64,000 nt of DNA. It comes from Macrostomum lignano. Lineage: Eukaryota. The stretch is from positions 434,001 to 498,000 of the forward strand of contig NIVC01000374.1 in assembly GCA_002269645.1 (NCBI GenBank), read 5' to 3'. The notes under the pieces are model-generated. The model was not told where the DNA came from and ran no database searches. It saw only the letters and a list, made by a program, of their open reading frames with translations. Numbering within the stretch: position 1 is the stretch's first letter; the number at the start of each line of letters is the position of its first letter. Positions 1 through 10,446 of this stretch are shown here, piece by piece. A program made the translations under genes and the position numbers.

Positions 1-23
1 TGAACTCAATACTTTGAATACTT

Positions 24-612
24 TGGGTTGAGACAAATAGATACTCGAGGGTTGAGACTAATAGATACTCGAGGGTTAAGACTAATGGGAACTCAGGGGT
101 GAGACAAATAGATACTCGAGGGTTGAGACAAATAGATACTCGAGGGTTGAGACTAATAGATACTCGAGGGTTAAGACTAATGGGAACTCAGGGGTGAGAC
201 AAATAGATACTCGAGGGTTGAGACTAATAGATACTCGAGGGTTAAGACTAATGGGAACTCAGGGGTGAGACAAATAGATACTCGAGGGTTGAGACTAATA
301 GATACTCGAGGGTTAAGACTAATGGGAACTCAGGGGTGAGACAAATAGATACTCGAGGGTTGAGACTAATAGATACTCGAGGGTTAAGACTAATGGGAAC
401 TCAGGGTTGAGACTAATAGATACTCGAGGGTTAAGACTAATGGGAACTCAGGGGTGAGACAAATAGATACTCGAAGGTTGAGACTAATAGATACTCGAGG
501 GTTGAGACAAATAGATACTCGAGGGTTGAGACTAATAGATACTCGAGGGTGAGACTAATAGATACTCGAGGGTGAGACTAAAAGATACTCAGGGGAGAGA
601 CTAAAGATACTC
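24..612. repeat. Minisatellite, ~21-24-bp unit GAGACTAATAGATACTCGAGGGTT
   Basis: Tandem copies with two alternating variants; lies in the intron of the eh1 gene. Confidence 0.9.
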
Positions 613-646
613 GTGGGGTGAGATTTGAGTGCAGAATCGGACTCAC

Positions 647-1200
647 AGCGCCAGTGGGCTGCAGAGCATTCCAGTAGCTGTACATCATCAGCATTTGCTG
701 CTGCTGCTCACGATGCTGCCTCTCGTAATGCTTCCAAGCCAGCTCAACAGCAGTCGCGTTGGCACTGGTTGTCATGGCAACGCTGGCGTTGGGCGGCGAA
801 AACGACGAAACAGTCGAGCTGTTTTTGTCGCTATGGTGAGAAGCGTTCGAACCCAGGATGTTGCTGATGCCGAATTTCAACTGATTGCGCTGTTGCTGAT
901 GGAGGGTGGCGGCGTCTTCAAAGGCTGGTGACGTCCTGGAGGCTGCAGCGGTGTGTTAGAAAACTTGGGATTAGAAACATAGGAAGTAGCACTAGATCAT
1001 TGTCAGTGAGATTAGATCTTTGTCAAGGGAGACTAGATCCACTTTAAGGGAGATTAGCTCCCTGTCGAGTGAGATTAGATCATTTTCAGGTGAGATTAGA
1101 TCCCTGTCAAGGAAGATTAGTTTCTTATCGAATGAGATGAAATTGCAGTCTTACGAATGGTTGAGCTACCAAGGCTGTTGGGCGATGAGCACTGACTCAT
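647..1200 (-). CDS. 5' exons of an eh1-motif transcription factor, probably Hlx/Dbx-like homeobox (partial; the rest lies left of the window)
   Basis: Exon 1 is 1200-1155 (ATG..ATTC|GTAAGA). Exon 2 is 942-647 (ctaac..ctgcag|CC...GCT|GTGAGT). Phase 1 joins cleanly: MSQCSSPNSLGSSTIPSRTSPAFEDAATLHQQQRNQLKFGISNILG... LKFGISNIL resembles the Groucho-binding eh1 motif of Hlx (LKFGIDRIL) and Dbx (LKFGVNAIL). No homeodomain is visible in the window. Confidence 0.6.
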
Positions 1201-1767
1201 GGTCCTTCTGTTTGCTTATGTCAGCTTAAAAATTGGAAGTTTTAATTTAAAAAGAAGAGTTTTCTTTTTTTAACGGTAATTTCTTGTTTTAAAAAGAGAA
1301 TCATTGCTAACCTATTTATGGTAACCTGAGCATCATCTCGAATTGGCATTGTTCATAGGAGCGCAGAAATGACACAACCACCCCTCATTAAAGAAGCTCG
1401 ATTGGATGGCACAGACAATGCGCATTGTGATGCGGTGGGAGCTGCTAAAAGCAGTTGTTGGGCTCTGTGCCACCTGCAATAATGGTGAGATGCTTTCGAG
1501 CTCGACATTTTATTGAGCTGCACTGGCCTTAACTTTATGGCATGATGCTCAATATAGATGCATTTACGATTGTACCGATTTTGTTGGTGGATGGAGGAGG
1601 GCAGATTTTATTGGGACTCGGGGGCCACCGGGGGTCACCGGGGGTCAACGGGGGTCACCGGGGGTCACCGTTGACTCTAAGACTTTTATTTGGTAGTTTG
1701 AATTACGCGGATTTTGCTGACTTTGCCAAAGCTGCCGTTTCTGCTCTCAATTGGAACCCTGAGGCCC

Positions 1768-1966
<199 letters not shown>

Positions 1967-3133
1967 GTCTATCTACTATTCTACCACACATTGCTACGCC
2001 ACATTTTTAGTATGGTTTTTACCATAGAATAAAAGCATTGAATACCGCGGTCTGAGCGAATCAAAAACGTTTTAGACTTAAATATAGGTTTCGGCCATAG
2101 ACATAAGAACAGGAGGATCTCAACCGCTGTGCCATAGACTATGAATAGTGAGATAGGTAAAAAAAGCGGTGTCATGTAACTTCATTGCAGTGATTCAACA
2201 GATTTTACGAGCGATATTATAATAAAGCATTGTACAGCCGCCACAATTGGCTGGATTTTACAACCTTAGCTGGACCGACTCGATGCGTATTGAACCATGG
2301 TGACAGAGTTTGCGACCATCGACAAAATGGAGTTAAAACTGTCTCTTCTACTTGAAGTTAAAACCGAATAGAACTACTGATATCAGTAGAAAAAAACGAG
2401 CATGGTCGCTTTTTTATTCCCTGCTAACTCAAAAAGCATTTATGAGTACGTTAACCAATTGTCTCGTGGAAAATTCCTGACAGCTAAGTACCCTCGTACT
2501 ACAAGTTCGTTTGTTCTACCAGAATTCAGCCTTTGAAATCTGATTTTTTCCCTGCCCCAGGCCCATTGTGCTGGGGCTTTGAGTTTAGTAAAAGCCTGCA
2601 TGTTGTCATGGAATTGGTAACCAAGGGCGCCTATAGCTCAAACTGCAATGGACTCAGGTATAGCTCACCTGTGAGGAACTAATTCCTTCCCTACTCAACT
2701 CTTTCATTCTCCAGTCTGTACGTTGCACTGGCTGAGGTTATGGGGCTTGGCAGTCCCATTGTGCCACAATACACCCGTATGGTCCAAGGAGATCTACAGA
2801 ATATAAGGGTAGATTTAGGGTAGATTTAAAGCTCCATGGGCCGCCGCAGTCCATGGACACTTCTGTTGTGGAGGCCTCCTCCGACACTGCTGCGTTGCCA
2901 GTGACAACACAGGCCGGCTCTGCCCCATTCTGTAGGTCCCCCCTCCGGCCATCGCTCAGTCCCTCTCTTCCCTGCGAGTACACAGGGCTACAAGCGGGGG
3001 AAAGGCAGGGGAAAATGCAGTTATAATCCTTCCAAAAACTCCTCACAGACATCCCCCAGCCTCTCCAGTTATCGGAGCCAAAAAATCGCAGAGCCAGCAC
3101 AAAATAATTAACAGATCAGAATTGATTTCAGCT

Positions 3134-6100
3134 ATGAGTGTCGAACCAAGTGCACCGCCGCCAGAGGGGGTCCGCGTTGAGGAGACCAGCTACGGCACCT
3201 GCTACCTGCCGAACGCGGCCCCAAAGGAGGCCAGATCGGAGAAGAAGAAGCATCGAAACAGAGCGCCAGGGCAGGTGAAAAATTCTGGCGATGGTGCCAG
3301 TTCTTCGTCTAGCGACTCATCCGATGATGAAAGCGTACCAGGGCCGCCCGTCTATGAGAATCGTGAGTGAGACGGCCCTCTGTTGCTAGGGAGATTCGGT
3401 AGACGTCAAGGTGGAGTTCTGCCCATACACACGCTCACACGCTCACACGCCCCTGACTTTCTAATCCTGTCAGGCATGTGCACTCTCTGTGTAACTTAGA
3501 CAGGGGATTACAGATTCGCCTTTGACACAACAAGACTCCCCAACCCATTGCTTTCGACTCCGCAGCCACCCAGCAGCTGATTCAGCAGGTGCCGCAGAAG
3601 AACCCGACGCCGCCCCGGTTCATGATGCAGAGCACGCAGAGTCACGTGATGTCTGTGGAGTTCTACCCGATCTGCCAGCAGAAGGGCAACCAGAGGCTGG
3701 ACATATCGCCTAGATTTGAGTCTTTCTCGTGAGTTTAAACAACTGTTTGGGAGTTGAGGAAAAAAGATTGATAGCGATTGAGGTCGGGAGTGGTAGGAAG
3801 TGAGAGTTGAGAGGGGAAGTGAGAGAGGCGAGAGGGGAGGTGAGAGAGGAGAGACGGGAAGTGAGAGAGGAGAGAGGGGAAGTGAGAGAGGAGAGAGGGA
3901 AAGTGAGAGAGGAGAGAGGGAAGTAAGAGAGGAGAGAGGGGAGGTGAGAGAGGAGAGAGGGGAAGCGAGAGATGAGAGATGGGAAGTGAGAGAGGAGAGA
4001 GGGTAAGGGAGAGAGGAGAGAGGGGAAGTGAGAGAGGAGAGAGGGGAAGTGAGAGAGGAGAGAGGGGAAGTGAGAGAGGAGAGAGGGGAAGTGAGAGATG
4101 AGAGAGGGGAAGTGAGAGATGAGAGAGGGGAAGTGAGAGAGGAGAGAGGGGAAGTGAGAGAGGAGAGAGAGGGGAGTGAGAGAGGAGAGAGGGGAAGTGA
4201 GAGAGGAGAGAGAGGGGAGTACGAGAGGAGAGAGGGGAAGTGAGAGAGGAGAGAGGGGGAGTGAGAAAGGAGAGAGGGGAAGTGAGAGAGGAGAGAGGGG
4301 AAGTGAGAGAGGAGAGAGGGGGAGTGAGAAAGGAGAGAGGGGAAGTGAGAGAGGAGAGAGGGGAAGTGAGAGAGGAGAGAGGGGAGGTGAGAGAGTTGAG
4401 AGGGGAAGTGAGAGAGGCGAGAGGGGAGGTGAGAGAGGAGAGAGGGGAAGTGAGAGAGAAGAGAGGGGAAGTGAGAGAGGAGAGAGGGAAAGTGAGAGAG
4501 GAGAGAGGGAAGTAAGAGAGGAGAGAGGGGAGGTGAGAGAGGAGAGAGGGGAAGTGAGAGAGGAGAGAGGGGGAAGTGAGAGAGGAGAGAGGGGAGGTGA
4601 GAGAGGCGAGAGGGGAGGTGAGAGAGGAGAGAGGGGAAGTGAGAGAGGAGAGAGGGGGAAGTGAGAGAGGCGAGAGGGGAGGTGAGAGAGGAGAGAGGGG
4701 AAGTGAGAGAGGCGAGAGGGGGAGTGAGTGGAAGAGGGTGCATTAGAAAGGCACAGCAGATGCCGGTTGCAGAACAAACAACAAAAGAGATCACTTTATT
4801 TAAAGTGTGCAATACGAACTCACTGACACATCCTTACCCTCCCCAACTGCTCAGCACGCTGATGGCTCAGGCCAATCACTGGCTGTCAACTCATCCGGAC
4901 TTCCGGTGCATGCGCTGCGAGACCATCCCGCGGCCGGCTACGTTCGATGGCGTCATTGACTACGCGGGCACCCACACCAGGGGCTCGAAGTTCGGCTCGC
5001 TGGTCTTTGTTCGCGGTCTCAGGCAAGTCTGTCGCCTCAGAATAACAAAACAATAATTGCAGGAGGGCTGCGGGAAACCTGGCAGATACACAGTCGTACA
5101 GACGCTCACGCAGGGTGTACACAGCGGCCCTTTGACTTTCTAATCGTCAGGAATGTACAGTCTGTGCCTTGGCCGTTTTGGCCCAGCTCATGGCTGTGAA
5201 TCGCAAGGCACGCCCCCTATCTATGATCCCGACTCGCCCCCGATCTATGATCCCGACTCGCCCCCGATCTATGATCCCGACTCGCCCCCTATCTATGATC
5301 CCGACTCGCCCCCCTATCTATGATCCCGACTCGCCCCCTATCTATGATCCCGACTCGCCCCCGATCTATGATCCCGACTCGCCCCCGTATCTATGATCCC
5401 GACTCGCCCCCCTATCTATGATCCCGACTCGCCCCCGATCTATGATCCCGACTCGCCCCCGATCTATGATCCCGACTCGCCCCCCTATCTATGATCCCGA
5501 CTCGCCCCCCTATCTATGATCCCGACTCGCCCCCGATCTATGATCCCGACTCGCCCCCGATCTATGATCCCGACTCGCCCCCCTATCTATGATCCCGACT
5601 CGCCCCCTATCTATGATCCCGACTCGCCCCCCTATCTATGATCCCGACTCGCCCCCGATCTATGATCCTGACTCCCCCCCCTATCTATGATCCCGACTCG
5701 CCCCCCTATCTATGATCCCGACTCGCCCCCTATCTATGATCCCGACTCGCCCCCTATCTATGATCCCGACTCGCCCCCTATCTATGATCCCGACTCGCCC
5801 CCTATCTATGATCCCGACTCGCCCCCGATCTATGATCCCGACTCGCCCCCTATCTATGATCCCGACTCGCCCCCTATCTATGATCCCGACTCGCCCCCTA
5901 TCTATGATCCCGACTCGCCCCCTATCTATGATCCCGACTCGCCCCCCTATCTATGATCCCGACTCGCCCCCCTATCTATGATCCCGACTCGCCCCCCTAT
6001 CTATGATCCCGACTCGCCCCCCTATCTATGATCCCGACTCGCCCCCCCTATCTATGATCCCGACTCGCCCCCCTATCTATGATCCCGACTCCCCCCCGTA

Positions 6101-8848
6101 TCTATGATCCCGACTCGCCCCCCTATCTATGATCCCGACTCGCCCCCCCCCTATCTATGATCCCGACTCGCCCCCGATCTATGATTCCGCCCCCCTATCT
6201 ATGATCCCGACTCGCCCCCCCCCTATCTATGATCCCGACTCGCCCCCCCCCCCCTATCTATGATCCCGACTCGCCCCCCCCCTATCTATGATCCCGACTC
6301 GCCCCCCTAACCCGACTAACCTAAGCCTGTGGAAATGATTGCAGGATGTGGGTGACCCAGCGCAACGACATACCCATGCAGCAGCTGTGGTACATTAACG
6401 TTTTGCCGAAGCCGGCTCCGAAAACCGACAACAGTCTGTTTCCGGAATTCGAAGATCTCAAACAGACATGCGACGCGATGAACATGCAGTTCGGAGTCAA
6501 CCCGCTGCCGGGCACCATACTCAACATGGAGCAGATGGAGCTGTTGTTCCAACGCTGGGGCAATAAGCGCAATATTGATCTGGACAAGACTTACCAGCTA
6601 GTGCGCCAGGACAAGGGCAAGTTCTATCTGATCGGGCTGCGAATCTACTACATGGTGGGACCGCCGCTCAACGAGAAAATTGGTAAGCTATGCGTTGCCT
6701 AAGCCGACTGCAGTTCTGAAATTTTAGTATTGTGGAAGGAAGAAATAGTATTCAGCCCCTAGCAGGGCCTCCCAAAGTATGCAGCACTCCTACAAAACCA
6801 CAGACCCCTACCCAAAACCTCATAACCCCTTAGCCTCAAACACCCAACCCCCTTAGCCCCAAACACCCAATCCCCTTAGCCCCAAACACCCAACCCTTAG
6901 CCCAAACACCCAATCCCCTTAGCCCCAAACACCCAACCCATTTAGCCCCAAACACCCAATCCCCTTAGCCCCAAACACCCAACCCTCCTTAGCCCCAAAC
7001 ACCCAACCCCCTTAGCCCCAAACACCCAACCATCTTAGCCTCAAAATCTCATAGCCTAAACACCCTTCCATTAGCCACAAGCCCCCTTAGCCTTAAACAC
7101 CCAACCTCATAGCCCCAAACCCCAATAGCCCCACCCCCTTAGCCCAAACCTCAATTCCCTTAGCTCCAACTCCTCAGCCCCTGACCTCAATGCCGAACTT
7201 TTTAAAGCCCAGCGTACAATTCAGTTAAAACCCAATCGCTCGCTGTACCCCAGGCATTGTCAGCCTCCTACCCGAGGCCACGCACCGGTCCGGGATGCAG
7301 CGACCGAAATTCTCAGACTACACTTCGCTAGTTAACAAGGCTATTAAATGGATCGGACAAAATCACGCGGTGAGTGTTTTGGTCATAACTGTGACGACGC
7401 TTCACCTTTTAATAAGTGTACGATAAACTAATATTCTCCCCTATTTGTGCCACCCGCGCCAGAATGTCCGGGTCACCGATCTGCAATCGTTTCGTCTGTT
7501 CGTCAATATGGATGGCGGCGATTTGAGTAAGCGATTACTGTAAAATTATGTTTATTAGCGATAAATACGCAAACACACTAACCAGACGCTGAAAGTAGAG
7601 CATTGAGAATTTTTTCTGTAATTTTTCACAGGGTGGAAAGAATGGGCCGAAGTGGAGAATCCTTATCGAAGCCACTCTGTTGATCGGTCGAGCTCTGTGA
7701 CTTCGTTTATGCTCACTACACTCAGAGTGAGCCGTCAGTTATGGCGCTAATCACTTACAGCAAAATCTTCTTGAAAACATCACAAACATTTATCTTGGCT
7801 TTCAGATCATCTTCACGTATGGTGGGCCGCAGCTGCCACTGCTGCAGACTGGCTTACTGACTACTAAAGTCTTTGTGCCCTTCAAGACGGGAGATCAGAG
7901 CTACGAATCTGTGCAGATGACCTGCGGCAGAATTGCCAGCTGGATGAATGTCACCAGTGAGGATTTTGTGGATGATGGCTCATCTTTGTGCGTCTGTCAT
8001 TCCGGTCTAACCATGTCACTCCGGTCTTTAACCATCTGCCACTCCTGTCTTTAATTATCTGTCACTCCGGTCTTTAATTATCTGTCACTCCGGTCTTTAA
8101 CCATCTGTCACTCCGGTCTTTAACCATCTGTCACTCCGGTCTTTAACCATCTGTCACTCCGGTCTTTAACCATCTGTCACTCCGGTCTTTAACCATCTGT
8201 CACTCCGGTCTTAACCATCTGTCACTCCGGTCTTTAACCATCTGTCACTCCGGTCTTTAACCATCTGTCACTCCGGTCTTAACCATCTGTCACTCCGGTC
8301 TTTAACCATCTGTCACTCCGGTCTTTAACCATCTGTTTTAACCATCTGTCACTCCCGTCTTAACCATCTGTCACTCCGTTATTCAACCATCTGTCACTCC
8401 GGTCTTTAACCACCTGTCACTCCGATTTCATCCCAATGTCCTTCTGAAAGGCACCCGGAATTTCTAAACAATCATTTATTTATCAAAAGTTAAATTTCTA
8501 AATTAAAAGTGAAAAATCCTACCCAGAGCCCAGAATCGTGTCGGCCGAGACCATCCAAGTGTTTCACCCAGCCGAGGCTGACGAAGTGAAGCACGCAAAC
8601 TGTGACGTCATGCTGACCAAACTGACCAATCATAGCTATGTGACCTGCTTCAGGTGAGACCCTGACGGTTGAGAATCATGGCATGGCTGATCAGAAATCC
8701 GAAGTCGCGCAGAGATTCAAGATAAAAAATGGACCCAATTCAATTTTTCGACAGGTTCTTTATCGACGGTGTGGTCCCGGAGCCGACCCCGGACTTGCTG
8801 CCGCCGCCCCCGAGAAGGCAGACGTCGTCCTGCTGTGTTGTGCTCTGA
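3134..8848 (+). CDS. Uncharacterised ~514-aa protein with four internal repeats and C-terminal CaaX (CCVVL); 10 exons
   Basis: Exons 3134-3362, 3566-3728, 4855-5022, 6345-6682, 7254-7369, 7463-7526, 7632-7726, 7806-7956, 8527-8653, 8755-8848. All phases are compatible and the total is 1545 nt. Intron 3 uses a GC donor (AG|GCAAGT). The exon 2 acceptor is the least certain boundary. The protein ends [15 protein letters not shown]. Confidence 0.8.
3426..3489 (+). other. Dispersed hairpin element, copy A
   Basis: Core TGACTTTCTAATCCTGTCAGGCATGTGCACTCTCTG (3454-3489) is identical to 14979-15014. Confidence 0.7.
3805..4725. repeat. Purine-rich 21-bp minisatellite GAGAGAGGAGAGAGGGGAAGT
   Basis: About 44 copies in intron 2 of the plus-strand gene. 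Confidence 0.95.
5101..5204 (+). other. Dispersed hairpin element, copy B
   Basis: ACGCTCACGCAGGGTGTACA..TTGACTTTCTAATCGTCAGGAATGTACAGTCTG followed by ATGGCTGTGAATCGC. Confidence 0.65.
5213..6307. repeat. Minisatellite TATCTATGATCCCGACTCG(C)n, ~24-25 bp, variable poly-C
   Basis: About 44 copies in the GC-AG intron. Confidence 0.96.
6800..7170. repeat. Degenerate ~23-bp C-rich minisatellite CCCCTTAGCCCCAAACACCCAA
   Basis: Tandem copies in intron 4. Confidence 0.85.
8005..8425. repeat. 24-25-bp minisatellite AACCATCTGTCACTCCGGTCTTT
   Basis: About 17 copies in intron 8. Confidence 0.93.
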
Positions 8849-9256
8849 GCTCACTTTTTGCTCTGAGCTCACCTTTTGCTCTGAGCTCTCGACTGCTTGA
8901 ACAAGAAACCGAAATCGATTTCATTAAGTCTATTTTATTTCAAGTTGAAAGTGAGCAAATGGCTACAAATAAGGAATTCTTTCCATCCCTCTCGTTGGGA
9001 GTTGCGTCCTTTTTTCGTCCCGGCTACACTGCAAACAGAATCGGCCTCTGTACCTGAGAAACCTTTTGAATAAAACCATATCTAATGAGAGCTAAATTTA
9101 AACCTCTTATAATGCAATTTTTTCTGCCAAATAAACTGCTGCGGTGGAAATTCTGCGATTCTGTTTTTAAAATACACTCGTAGATAACTTTTGCGAGCAG
9201 CCATCTTTGTAAAGTCTTGATTTAAATTTTCTGAACTCAGCGCTTGGGCGCTAAAA

Positions 9257-9970
9257 GATTTGGCGCTGATAACAGCCAGCAGATTTAGCGCTAAAAGCAG
9301 CCAGTAGATTTGGCGCTAAAAGCAGCCAATAGATTTGGCGCTAATAACAGCCAATAGATTTGGCGCTAAAAGCAGCCAGTAGATTTGGCGCTAAAAGCAG
9401 CCAGTAGATTTGGCGCTAAAAGCAGCCAGTAGATTTGGCGCTAATAACAGCCAACAGATTTGGCGCTAAAAGCAGCCAGTAGATTTGGCGCTAAAAGCAG
9501 CCAATAGATTTGGCGCTAATAACAGCCAATAGATTTGGCGCTAATAACAGCCAATAGATTTGGCGCTAAAAGCAGCTAATAGATTTGGCGCTAATAACAG
9601 CCAATAGATTTGGCGCTAAAAGCAGCCAGTAGATTTGGCGCTAAAAGCAGCCAGTAGATTTGGCGCTAATAACAGCCAACAGATTTGGCGCTAAAAGCAG
9701 CCAGTAGATTTGGCGCTAAAAGCAGCCAATAGATTTGGCGCTAATAACAGCCAATAGATTTGGCGCTAATAACAGCCAATAGATTTGGCGCTAAAAGCAG
9801 CTAATAGATTTGGCGCTAATAACAGCCAATAGATTTGGCGCTAAAAGCAGCCAGTAGATTTGGCGCTAAAAGCAGCCAACAGATTTTGGCGCTAAAAGCA
9901 GCCAATAGATTTGGCGCTAAAAGCAGCCAATAGATTTGGCGCTAAAAGCAGCCAATAGATTTAGCGCCAA
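9257..9970. repeat. 25-bp minisatellite AGATTTGGCGCTAAAAGCAGCCA(A/G)T
   Basis: About 28 copies between the convergent 3' ends. Confidence 0.95.
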
Positions 9971-10446
9971 AAGAGAAAAAGGCAACTCATTGAATACACG
10001 AAACGATTTAGACTGCAACAGATATTTGAAAGCAATTTTATTCACAAACAAGTGACACGCCAGTTTATCCAGATGAAATTGCGGTCATCAAGTAGTTACA
10101 GAAGTTAAAGCGCACTCAACTAAGAGAAGTTGTTTAAAAGAGCAGACACTAAAGGCTACTACTAAATTTTTTTATAGGACAATTGAAATTTAACCGTACC
10201 AGTCACTTGGCTATATAAAATGCGAGGTCAACAATAACAGTAATAACAATAATTATAATTAATAATTGACTAACAGAGTAATTTTACAAAGAGTAAATTT
10301 ACATTTGAACTAAATTGTGAATAGTATAAAATGAAGCGAGTGAATGTTTGACAGCTAGCTTTCACAAGTGATCAAACTGCTTGCGACTCCTCAAGAAAAG
10401 GCCATACAAGTAAATAATGGGTGCAGAATCTCCTGAATCTCAGATT

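Noticed and set aside
2738-3100. 120-aa minus-strand ORF upstream of the CaaX gene
   Set aside because: No recognisable motif, no convincing splice partners and a non-ATG start. It is more likely UTR or promoter sequence, or a repeat remnant.
3522-3713. ORF-track frame MTQQDSP... as exon 2 of the plus-strand gene
   Set aside because: It ends in TAG before the donor. The alternative frame (TQQLIQQV...FESF) is phase-compatible with both neighbours and continues the repeat motif.
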